NCBI GenBank assembly: GCA_002633005.1
Contig: NMRA01000014.1
Span: 610,955-674,954 of the forward strand
Origin: Phoronis australis
Taxonomy: Eukaryota; Animalia; Phoronida
Direction of reading: 5' to 3'
Length of the DNA: 64,000 nucleotides
A model generated the notes under the pieces. It was not told where the DNA came from, made no database searches, and saw only the letters and a list, made by a program, of their open reading frames with translations. How positions within the stretch are numbered: position 1 is the first letter of the stretch; each line of letters begins with the position of its first letter. The position numbers and the translations under genes were made by a program. Of this stretch, positions 36,143 through 47,878 are shown one piece after another.

Positions 36143-37899
36143 GTAATAAGTTATATAATTCTACACAGTTTGTAATAATTTCGGTTTTTTATGCTTGTGT
36201 ACAATGAGAAGGAAATAGAAATTATTTTTGGACATGTCAAATTTACCCAGTACAGCAGAGGGTCTACGAGCGCACAGAAACTCATTCTGGTTTGTATTTC
36301 CACTTGAGTCTGTTCTGGCGCAGTGTCAGCGAACAATCGAGAGAAACACAGGTAATTCTACGTACAGCCTAATTCTTTTATTCGAGTGCCGTCAGTACAT
36401 AGACAAACCCGTAAACTGAAATAAACAAAATCAACAGGAAAACGACAATTCGCAAGCGTAGTCGCTAATCATTTCAGCTTTATAAAGAATAAGCACAACT
36501 GCACTGTATGGGGCTTTAAAACTGAGGAAATGTTGTGGTTTCAATAATTAATGACAAACTTACCTTTTGATGAAAAATTTATTCAATCATCAAAGTGTAA
36601 CATTAACGGGTTTTCTACTGACAATAAGACAATCGACACAGTCACTGAATGTCATTTCCCCATAATGTGTACCAAATTGAAAAGTTTTTACCATTAGTAT
36701 AAAGCCTTTCTTCTGAAAGAAAATGTTAATGTCACGCAGTGAGAAAGGACAGGTATTTATACCAGATGCTTTTGGTTTTCATTTCACAGAAATCTAGTTT
36801 CAATAGCCTATATAAGTGCTTGTAAAAAAGGTCCAGTTTCGGCACGTGGCTTTCCTCCAGGTTACCTCATTCAGCCTCAATTAGGTCCTTGAAGGTAAAC
36901 ACAACAGCATATAACTTGACTCGTTTTGTGCCCAAAATCTGACCCTGAACTAGACCAGTGTCACTACGTCTTCTTTAGCTTCAATCCAGCATGTTTCTTC
37001 CAGGAAAGGAAATAAGCTATTGTCCACACATGACTTATTGCCTTTGAAAGGGTATCCTCACCAACGAGGCTGACTTGTGTAGCAGTAGATATAGTTCCTC
37101 TTCATACACAAACAACACATTGTCTTATGGTAACTTCGTACTGAGATTCACATTTCACCAAGGCCACTGACATGTACATTGCGCAATGCAGCACTAATGG
37201 TGTGTGGAAATGCTGTGGGAAGAGAAAGGAGTAACAAAGCTTGTTCGTTGTCTCCGATGAAGAAAGTAGGCTTTAACAACAGATCTACAGGTGCACTGGA
37301 TGGGAATATCTTGCTGGTTAGCTTCAGTCAACTGCTTAAAACCAATTTTGTCCATTCAGGGTCGATGCAGAAGCGATGCATATCTCCCCTGCACGGTACA
37401 AGCCCTCAAACCTAAAAATCAAAGGTCACATGAAGACAGACATTATAGAATTTCATTTCAATGTGTAATAAATTTCCGGAAGACAGGATTTGGAGTAAAT
37501 AAATAGTCTAATGGATATTTACGTACCCTTTGCCATGGCATTGGGATTGGGCTTGTAATCTCACTAACCCATATCGTGTTAAACATTCAGCATTCATTGA
37601 TGTAACTGTCATTGATAAACCTGTTTGAAATCATTCCAAACAATAATACGGCTTTGATGTACGAAAAGATCTCGACTGCTACGTCAAGTATCGTAACAAG
37701 CATCACAACAAAAATTAACCCGACTGGTGACTGTCGCGAAGTTGACATCGGCGAGTATCTAAGTTAACACGCATCAGTAGAATAAACATGGAATAATCGT
37801 TAAAATAATCACAAACCTTACCTTTGTATAAGGTCGTGCTTACTTTCTCTCATAGAAGCACCCTTTTCACGCAATCTCAGATTCAGTTTGCACACCTAC

Positions 37900-38012
37900 A
37901 AGCCATTTCACCATGTATTTAAAGGGCTCGCGAAATCGAGGCTGTTAGTCTATCACCACCAGTACACGCACGCCCTCTAGTTAATGTAAATTTTCCGAAT
38001 AGCCCCATTGGT
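37900..38012 (+). repeat. Dispersed repeat, copy 1 (copy 2 at about 47347-47458)
   Basis: Both copies share TCACCATGTATTTAAAG(G/A)GCTCGCGAA(A/G)TCGAGGCTG...CCCTCTAGTTAATGTAA...CGAATAG. Confidence 0.75.
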
Positions 38013-39662
38013 TCACCGACTACTCACAACATTAGCTATAACGGCCAAGTAACGCGGTTGAAGACGATTTAGTGAAGTGGCCGGCATCACGTTGGTTGTA
38101 GTGGAGACGAAAATTGTTCAACTGGAAACCATCCGCTGATAGACTGAGACTTGGCCAGTTATTGTCGATTCGCCACCAACATGGCGTACCAGGCTTAGGT
38201 GGTGAGACCTCTGTCGACGGGTGGTGATCTGGCTCACATTATAGGACAAGTATGCAGACAACATCACTGTGTTTAAAGTAATAGCATAAAACCCTATTTG
38301 AGCTACTCCAAGAGCAGTATAAAAAGACGATAAACCGGTAATGAAAGAGCCGTCCTTGTGAACTTCGTGAATGATTGTTAATAACAGTCTGGTTGTTTTA
38401 AAAGAGGCATGGAAACAATTCCTGACGATATTACCATCTCGCAACATCATCATCACTCAGATTCCATTTTCTTTAAAAAATGAAGTGATTTTCTACATTG
38501 CACAGTGGAGCAGACGACAGAAACGGAGTCGTTGTGCCCAGTGCCACTGCCGGTCGCCTGGGATATCGCGGGAGAGTGCCTATACTTAGCCATATTTCCG
38601 TTACGATTGCGCCGTGTTCNCATAACAATGATTGAGGGCACGTATATGTCTCTAGAATTGCTGTTAAGACGGAGATTCCCACATGTGCATAAGTGAAACA
38701 CATCCGACGAGAATCGTCCTCGAGTCCTCGATAATACCCGAAGTGTTCCTAGTGCAACTGTTCACTACTTCTGTGTTGACTTCCATATTTGGAAACTTAC
38801 TGATTTCATTGGGCCGTTCTTGTTCACTTTCACATTTAAGAAAGGTTGCACAGTAGACATAAAACATGATTTGTTATTTTGGTATGTTTGTATACTTAAG
38901 ACGGGCTTTTTGGTAGAATCTGCAAATGCTTGAAATGTTGGCGGATGCAGTATAACCGATGGAGCTCATAATTTGCATGTTGCATTTAACCATCACATAG
39001 GTTGTTATACTGCATTTTTTTTGCTGAAGGTTCGGTTTTCAAAAAGTCACAAAAAATGTGTTTTTTCCCGTTTATTATGAGAAACTTGACACTAGAGTGT
39101 ACCTCAAAAACAGGCAAATGTATTCCGCTTCATCTGCTGTTACATTGGATAATTAGCCTTAAAAAGCAATTGGCTATTATAAATAACTGTATTTTGTCCA
39201 AATAAAAAAAAATAAACGACTTCCTTGGTCTTCTTTGTTGATTTACCGTCGTTCTATTGAGGGCAGTGAAGTGAGGTGTACAAAAACGTGATTTTTGTCC
39301 AAGTTCAAAGACTTATTTTTAGGAATCGCAGAGGTTTACCCAAAAAAGATATGCATTTATGCTTGAATTGGACTTCGCTCTTTTATTTCATCCATAGTCA
39401 ATATTGGTAAAACTTACCCCACGCTCACAATTTTGAAACGATCGGCCGTAGTGAATTTTCGAAAATGCCCTTGAGGCGTCGCTAGTAAACGGTCATAAAT
39501 TGCTAATTTTGGTATATTCGGCGTCATGCTTGTACTTTGCACTGTGATGTAATAAGTCAAAGTCCAAAACACACTTAATGAATGGCATGACACAGGGCGA
39601 AAGGGTTAGCTATATCGGCTTTCATCTCAGAGCCTTTCGGTTCGAGATTAGCACAAATCAAA

Positions 39663-42600
39663 ATGGCTGTAGCAGACGGCTTCAGCTGTTCGTTTGCAGA
39701 AAGATCAAGCTGTAAATGCTCAATAGTGGGCAAACAAAGAAACCTGTTACCGGTTAGTTGCTGCAAAAATAATACGGCGAGCCATATGAAACAAATTAAT
39801 GTGTTTGAAGACATTGAGGAATGGCAGTTGTTTATGAACCGAGGATTTGAGCAACTAGACGAGCTTGAAGTTGAACACTGTGATCAGTATGTCCCCGACA
39901 CCGCTTGGGGTTTCGGCCGAAGAAACACTGTTGTTATCCAGGTCATCGTGGTCGAAGGGGTGGAGGCATAACTGCATCCAAGTCGAGCAGACCGCTGACC
40001 ATGAAGTTCGCAAGTGTTGTAAAAAGTTTCAGAAATGAGATCTTACCCATAGGCACAGGTGAGGAATGTGAAAGCTTAATAGTAAAGCATTACTAATTTT
40101 GTAATTATGATTCGTCTCTGGCATAGACGTAGTCATTGGTGACCCGGGTTCAAGTGGATCAATTGCTCGCCATTGATCAATGCAAAATAATTTTTCCACC
40201 AGTGGTGAATCATTTCAATTTTGTATTTATCTTCCTGGTCTCATTCGCCCCACCCCCACCCAGTGCCTCAGCGTCGGCTCACCTGTTGAATACATCTGTG
40301 CCATTGATGACTTTTATAACGTTACACCAGTATTGAAACGTCTTTGTTGATTTTAATTATCATGCAAGCACGCTGTCCTACTGTATTCACCTTCTAGTTT
40401 GATGGCTCATTGAGCCTCAGGCTGGAAATTGATTTTTAAGGCAGAACTACTATAATTTACGGTACATATCAAATTTGGTCTCTCCTGCTGGATCAAGGCC
40501 AAAATTATACCTTCTTAACCCCTCAGAGACTCTTAGTCCCAGACACAGTGCATCCATTTACCCATGCAGCACAATATTAGTGGCCGATTTAGGGTAGGGG
40601 AGGCAAGGGGCCATACCCCTCTAAAATTCTCCCAGATTCCATTTAGCAGTACGAGGATGTGAATGTCTGACTGTCTGATGGGCAAAATCCTGGCTAAAAC
40701 TCTGCCCTGGCCCTCCCTTACTCAAAATCCTAGATCTACCTCTGCATGTGAGGGTAAGATGTTGTGATTTCTGGATGCAGTATGGCATACCAGTACAGTC
40801 AGTATACAGGCGAATGAATTGCAAATCACGGGCTGTGATTTGCAATTCATTCGCCTACATACAATGGCTTTGGTTAGCAGTGAAGAAAGGTCATCTGCTG
40901 TGATCGAGTCTTGAACCTGGTGTTGTTCTTGCGTCATAACCAATCATGGTAAGAGCTAATGTCCCTAGGTGAGTAAATTAGAGGCCTTCATACAGGCCAG
41001 ACCATTTGAAGAACCATGCAGAAGTCACAACAGACTGGTGATGACAGTGACCAAGTGGTATGAAACAGCAAATTTAGGTGACTGTTGTGTTGTAATACGT
41101 GAATGCTCCTGCCCAACCGAGATGAGACCAACTTCCGAAAGATTGAGTTAACATGACACTGCACTCATTCTACAGTTTTTGCATCCAAAGTGCAACGTGT
41201 GGCAAGCTTTTGTCCTGTTTCCTCGCAGTTAGTCACTATCTTATATCCTGATTGTTATGTAATCCATTATCCTAACACTGGTAGTTAAACTTTTTATTCT
41301 TGCATTTTGGGTTACAGTGCTTCTCAAATCTTTGCAAAAGGACAAATATTAGGGGTAAATGTCCAATAAGTGACAGGCCCTAGGGTCGACCACCACAGTT
41401 TTTTTGTCGCACCATCAAGAGTAGAATGTCTGTTAGTGGTTTATGTATGGTTCTTTGGAATTCCATGGAGAAGAATTGATAAAAAACTAGTCTGTTATTA
41501 TAACTGCAACTTACTTTTTGATTGCAGCTATTTGTGGTAGTTGTGGATGGTTGGTCTATAAATAACAGAAAGAACACTGTGGTGAGGGTACGTCATCTCA
41601 AGCTTCAGGGGAATTGGTAAGTTATAATGGAAAAAATGCCCCACAAGCTGTGAATCACTACCCAGTGGTATGAAGTGCTCATTGTTTTTTAAATTTACCA
41701 TCATGTTACTAAAAATGTTATGACTACCAAATGATATTGACCCATTGTCATTGAGATTGATTGGCGGACTTTAGGAATGAATGAAGGAATGGATGTTCAT
41801 ACTAGTAGCTGGTGCCTTTACATACATGTAGTATAGGGGGATAAAATAGTTTATTGGCGACCTGTTTTTTACCTAATTTTTTAGCCCATCCTGAGCCTAT
41901 GTTCGGGGTACTGGCAGTGAATCTTTGTGTCACTTGGTCATCAGTGAGTTGTTTTTATATGTCATTCACTCTTTAGGTAAAATCATTTCTTTGTTTTTGA
42001 ATTACAATAAATCTTGTTTTTAGGAGTGAGGTGCTGGAAAGCATACAAAATTAGGAAAGGTTCTGTTGTAAAGCTACCTGCAGACACCCAGTCATCAAAC
42101 TGACAACGCTGGAAGAACCTTGCGTAACACATTCTCCAAGACCTTTGCAGCCAGATACCTCAAGGTCTCAACTAATTCTGTGTAAGGAACCTGATTGCCA
42201 TCTGTCATTTGGCTCCAAGACAGAGCTGGATGCCCACACTGAAGAAGGGTGGCATGAGAAGAAGCAAGCAGACAACCAAACAGTTTTTGACGGCATCAGA
42301 CAAAAATGGGCTGCAATCATTTCTGGCATTAAAAAAAAGGTAAACAATTTGTGCTGTAATGTATAACTTGAGCACATAATTAAATATCCTATCCTCAGTA
42401 TTCTGTTAGATGAATGCATTCGTTTGTGTGTAAGCCGTGGGCTTGGTTACTCCGAAAAATGAGACTGTGCCTCTGCACACATGAACTTGTCTTGCACATT
42501 TGTACAAAAACCCATAAGGTTCTACAAATATTCAGGTGCAAACACAAATTTCAATTATGCTTGATGTGATATACTAACATGTAATCCATGAACCAACCAA

Positions 42601-44020
42601 TGGTGGAAATGGTTCCATGTTCTTGCCTGTAAATTCCAATTGCGGTCCTCTAAAACCCAATCCTCAACCAGCAGAAACGAAAGAAATCTGCAGTTCCAGA
42701 CCTTCGAACTCCACACTAGCTAAAAATGCTTGGTACACTTGGACTAAACTCCTGTCCTTGGAATCATGTTATAAAGGAAGTTCAGATGAGAAATCTTCAT
42801 GGCATTGGAATTTGGTGCTTGTGTAAGGATATTTTACAATGCAAAAGTGGAGATTAGGAGCACGGGTCTAGGGATTTGTATCGCAGGGTTGGAGTTTACA
42901 GAATTGGTTAAGGATTTGTTTGCATCCCGTGATAGAAGTTTCCCTAGGCAGCTTTGGTTTGAACTAAGTGGCATGAGGAGTGGGCCCATACCCAAGCAAG
43001 AGGGTGTATGTGTGAGAATTAATAAAAGCAGGGGAGTTCGTAAGTTAAATTAGTGTGTTGTCCATTGACTGGAGTACTTGCCATTGCTTTGGAAAGTAGT
43101 ATTTAGCAACTTTTTTGTTTTGGCAAAGTGTGTTGGACGGAAATTAAAATAAAAAAATACAGAAGTGTTACTAGATTACATGTAATGTGCAACACTAACT
43201 TGTCATATAAAAAACAACGGGTTCCAACCCAAAATATGAAGCAAATGCGATGCTTTACAAAAATGACACTGCACTGTGTTTTAACAGTCTAGGAATGAAA
43301 ATCAGTTTTTACTGATTTTCATTCTGTTTTTTAAATAGAAATGATCACAGCGTTATACAAAATCATGTCTGACATATGATGGAATTATCTTCCATGCAAT
43401 TTCTTCATGAATACTGTGTTAGGTAGAAAATTTCAATGTTTTTTTCAAAATGTTCGTTTCAGAGGCTAGCATTCAAATAGAAAAAGAGGTCTTTGGTGTG
43501 TCCACCCTGGAAAAGGGTTGGGGACTGAAATCCTCAAAAAAAAGATTACGAATGACAACTGGTGTTAGACATGCAGTTCTTGACAAAGATCTACAACGAT
43601 GATGAGAAGAGTGGCCAGAAATTGAACCCTGACCAGTGCATGCATCAAGTCCGTGCCAGCTTTAATTGTAAATGAGTGGAGAACATCAAAACAAATTGCA
43701 AACTTTTTTTCAAGACTCACAGTTCAGAAAAAAAGACACCAGTTTGTGGACGATGAGGATGATGAGGATGTAGCCAATGACAGAGAAGCATGGGAACAAG
43801 AAGTTTGTGAAAATATAATGAAAGAAATGGGTGTGCTTCATCCTGTGATGTTCGGAGATAAAGATTTGTGTGAGCTGCTCAAACAAAATGGGCTCTCAAA
43901 ACTTAAAGTTGTGACTAAGACAAATTTGTCGTACAGTTGGTATTGAATTCGGTCAACGGAAGTCAGAGGTGCTGTCAGCACTCACCGAGTACTTACAGAT
44001 GTGTACCTGTTGCTTTTAAA
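39663..44020 (+). pseudogene. Intron-containing Sola3-like transposase remnant (N- and C-terminal exons; catalytic core not seen)
   Basis: N-terminus CSF...C...LLPVSCCKNNTASHM...EWQLFMNRG...CCYPGH...LPIGTG|gt. C-terminal exons CWKAYKI, CKEPDCHLSF...LDAH, LEKGWGLK and EWRTSKQIANFFSRL. Confidence 0.65.
40578..40744 (+). mobile_element. Short hAT-type MITE
   Basis: TAGTGGCCGATTTAGGG...GGGGCC at the start and AAATCCTAGATCTACCTCTG at the end form imperfect TIRs. Confidence 0.5.
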
Positions 44021-44123
44021 GTAGTGCACTTTATTGACTGTACCACGTCTAAATTGAAGACATTGTTATGGTATGGTAGAAGTCAGTTCAGAGCCTTTCA
44101 TCTAAAGCACTGCTTCGTTTTCG

Positions 44124-45332
44124 TATATGCGCCCACATCTTTATATGTGGTTGCATATTGCCTTCATCTGTCTAGGCATTCGTCATCTGGCGTCCGCAGC
44201 TGTGTCTCCTAAACCCCTCACAGGAATTTGATGAGGTTAGGCAGATGTGTTCCTATCAAACTGACGACGGACAATGACGAATTTCGGACCTCTCCGACTA
44301 CCGGTGTGCCCCCTAGTGGCATTTTTTTTCACTTACCTCTACATATTTGGAGGTCCTCGATGAATTTTCATAAAATTTGGCAGTTAGGCATCTCTTAGTG
44401 AGATGATGACATCCTCCCGTTGTGACAGATGCGAGGTACTTTGCGCCTCCTAGTGGCCATTTTTACTGCGTCCTCCCTTCTATCACCACTCTGAGGATGA
44501 TTTTTAAAATTGGTGAAGAGGGCGACTGATGATTTTCCGACGACTTCAAATACTGTGGCAGTTTTGTTGTTTTTTTTTGTGCCCATGGCTGTTTCTCCTA
44601 AATCATTTGCAAGATCATTTACTAAATGTATCAAGTATATTCATATGATGTTGACAATTACGGCGACGACTTTCGCATGGATCAGACAACCGTTGCACAC
44701 CCTTATGGCAATTTAATTTTTACATTTACCTCTGTAGTTTCAAAGGTCCTTCACGGATTTTCATAAAATTGGGTAGTTTGGGCATCTATTAGTTCTATTA
44801 GTGAGATAACGCTATCCTCTTTGCGTTACCTACGTAGTGGCCATTTTTACTGTCAGTATTGTAAGTCTAATTGTTGGCGTCCACCTCTATCAACCAAACC
44901 AGTCTAGGGGTGATTTTGAAAATTGGCAAGGATGTTCTCAGTGTGATGACGATTTTGTATACTGTGGCGCCTCCTAGTGGTAGTTTTGTTTTGCACAAAT
45001 TGTCTCCTAAACCAACTGCAAGATCTTTATTAAACTTAGTAAACGTATTTATGTGAAGCTAACAATAGACAACTTTCAGGCAGATGCTGTGCCCCCTCGT
45101 GTCAATTTCAAATTTTTGTTTTCCTTTGTTTCTCTGAAATTCCTCGACAGATTTTTATGAAATCGGGTAAATAGCTTTCTGTTAAAGAAGCGGTGGCATG
45201 TTGCATTTTCAGATGGATTAGACATTTTGTGCCATCTAGTGGCCATTTTCATGATACAAATTAACAACTCTAGAACCTCATGGTTTGTGGTGCATTCGTG
45301 GGAGCATCTCAACGCTCCGCGTTGCTCTTGTG
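44124..45332 (+). mobile_element. Helentron/DINE-1-like non-autonomous repeat, copy 2 (most complete)
   Basis: 5' ATGCGCCCAC has a subterminal inverted partner GTGGGAGCAT (about 45298), followed by the hairpin CAACGC-TCC-GCGTTG and a T-rich end; internal CCTAGTGG repeats. Confidence 0.7.
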
Positions 45333-45454
45333 AGGTTTTAGTTCAGTTGCTGGCTCATATACATCTCATACATTACAGGAATGTGTAATCTGATGGAATA
45401 GCATTGGTNAGTAAAACTTACTTTAGTCTGTAGCTCAAGAAATTGTCCGCTAAG

Positions 45455-45680
45455 AATAAGGAAACGGTGTTGAAATGGCGTGTGTAGCACCGACAGCCGT
45501 TATGCTGCACCAGAATAATATCCCTTCATTTTTGGCATGTCCTAAGCCGAAAAATGATGTTGAAAAGCGTAAACTATGAATCAAACTGTACGGCCACACG
45601 AGCAGCTGAACTTAGCGATGTTGCTTGATAACTCGAAGGCTATAATAAACACAAATGTATTAGTTCCAAGATACGCACTT
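45455..45680 (+). pseudogene. THAP-domain remnant of a DNA transposon (ISL2EU-like)
   Basis: KRC*NGVCSTDSRY...CPKPKNDVEKRKL*IKL..HEQLN resembles the THAP variant MVKRCxxGxCxSDxRY...FPKPK...KCxxWIKLCGRPHEQLN. Confidence 0.55.
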
Positions 45681-46413
45681 TTCAGCTTGGTGGCTATGGT
45701 GAAGGGCTATCTCAGATTGTGACTCCCGAGTTTAGTATACGTCTGGCCGCCTTTGTCTCGACATCTGCTGGATCTCAGCTCTCTAGCGGTATAGTCCCCG
45801 GAAATTGTAGTTTTCAAGGACATTTTCATTTTATTTTTTTATTTATTTCAACCTAACAGATGTACGTTTTTGTTATTCATAAGCCCGTAGGCTGGCGTTC
45901 AAATGAACTTCTCTCCCCGTTAAAATTCAGAGACTCGATCTGCACAGGGATCGAGGGCACTGGATTACTGCCGGTAACTCAAAGCCTTGGTCGAGCTGTT
46001 GTCACTGAACATAAACTGTTGAATTCCTTTTTGGCGTGTACCTCTAGTATACACTGTGTCTGTAGAGTTAGACAGAGCTCATTTTGAAGTTGTTCAGACA
46101 TGATATTTAGATTTATGAAGCTTTAAAAAAGAATTTGAGTTATTTTTGTAAATACCCTATTTTTTCAACTACCACACCAGACTTTTGTAATCTTTCAAGT
46201 TGTAACCATACCACGACTTAGTAATTATGCTACCTTCAAAATTAAATGAAAGTTACCTTTATGGAATGAAAGTACAAAAAAATGCCAAGTTCGTAAGAAG
46301 GTAGGCCTAATTTTAATGTCTTTATGGTGCAAGCGGACAATTCCATAGGCGCAAGCAAAATGAAACAGCAAGAGCGTGAAGCGTGAGGAAATATTGAGTT
46401 CAGTAACTAGGAC

Positions 46414-46637
46414 CGGTAGCGGAAGAGGGAGGGGGGGCTCAGACCCCAGATCGCGGCGGAATCGTGTTCCTGTTTTTTTTTTATTCCACCGATAGATTTT
46501 CCGAACAGAAGGTCCAAAGGTCTGCATCCCAGGCCCCTGCAACTTTCAGGCCGCCTGTGTACATACAATTGCACTTTGCCCAATTCCACGAGGCAACATG
46601 TTGGACCCCCCTTGTGGTATCCTAGATCCGCCACTAG
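46414..46637 (+). mobile_element. Short hAT-type MITE
   Basis: Ends TCCTAGATCCGCCACTA; starts CCGGTAGCGGAAGAGGG. Confidence 0.5.
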
Positions 46638-46989
46638 TTCCAGACATTAATTTGACTGACGTAGACACAGCCCCAGACATACCTCGCCGGAGCTACCTGT
46701 TTGCCTAGGACGAGATGAATGGGTACATGAGCTATGAACCTGAATTTTTTTGATCAAAATATTTCGTTACAAGATTAGAAAAGCGTAGACGGTGCTGTCG
46801 ACCTAGTCAGAGACTATAGTGCATGTGTTGTCTGTAATCTATGACCTACTTTACTCCGGGAGTCCCACCAGTTGTGACCTACTTTTTATTTGGCGAAATT
46901 TAGCAGACGCCAGAATAAAAATATCGGTGAATCTTTACTGATTTTATTAGAAAGATCATGAAATCTATGGAATCGTACAGATAATTCGC

Positions 46990-47332
46990 CTTGAAGGTAC
47001 ATACCCAGCTTTACATGAACATACCGTATCAGTGGCCTTGTCATTTGCTAGGTGAAGGTGGCCCCGAGGCAGAGGGGTTCTTCGGATTTTCGCTGGCTCT
47101 TCGAGCCATTTTTTCATCGTCACCTTTACAAATTCCCATATCATGAACGTACGATTCTCTGTTGAAAAGCATCGCCTCTTGTCTCTGTCGAAGCGTTTTC
47201 AAATAGTGCAAAAACACTCATCGATTCCACCAGGAACGTCGTTTAGCGATAGTGTATATTTGCCTCTGACATCTCGTTCGAATGTCGGGTATCACGTGAC
47301 TTTTCGCATAGGGGCGGAGCTTGCGATAGGTC
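46990..47332 (-). mobile_element. Transposon 5' end with degraded THAP-like remnant
   Basis: On the - strand AGACCTATCGCAAGCTCCGCCCC...TCACGTGA looks like a TIR, followed by frameshifted NRFDRDK...KKWL..IRR. Confidence 0.35.
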
Positions 47333-47878
47333 TATTGGCACGGCTGCAAGCCCTGTCACCATGTATTTAAAGAGCTCGCGAAGTCGAGGCTGATTATCTA
47401 TCACCACTAGTATACGCGCACCCTCTAGTTAATGTAATTTTTTCGAATAGTCCCATTTGTTTTTTATCTAAAATACAAGATTTTTACAATGCACTGTCGT
47501 TTTTGCAAGATAGTTACATGTTTTAAGAAAGCCTCATATTTCTGGCTGAGGAACTGACAACAGGCAAATAGGACAAAGTGCACTTTGTAGGAAATAACTA
47601 CGGAAGAGACAAGACTTTTTATTATAGATTATGAAGAGTTTAGGAATGGATAAACGAATTCTTATCGGGAAATTTTTGAAAAAATACAATATGGCAATAT
47701 GGATGCTAGAGAGTGGCAAAGTTGGCCGATAATGGTTTCAGTGAAAACCACGAAATACCAGTATTTGCCACGCAAGAACAAAACATAAGAAATTGAAATG
47801 AGTTTCGAAAGATATTCAATTATAGTCCTTTAAATCGTATCACCCATTTATTATCAGCTAGCTTTTCCTGGTTTCAAG

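Noticed and set aside
37900-47458. KolobokP-like element bounded by long direct repeats starting at TTAA-AG
   Set aside because: Similarity between the two repeats extends upstream of the TTAA, the repeats show no terminal inverted structure, and the interior is a mix of unrelated relics.
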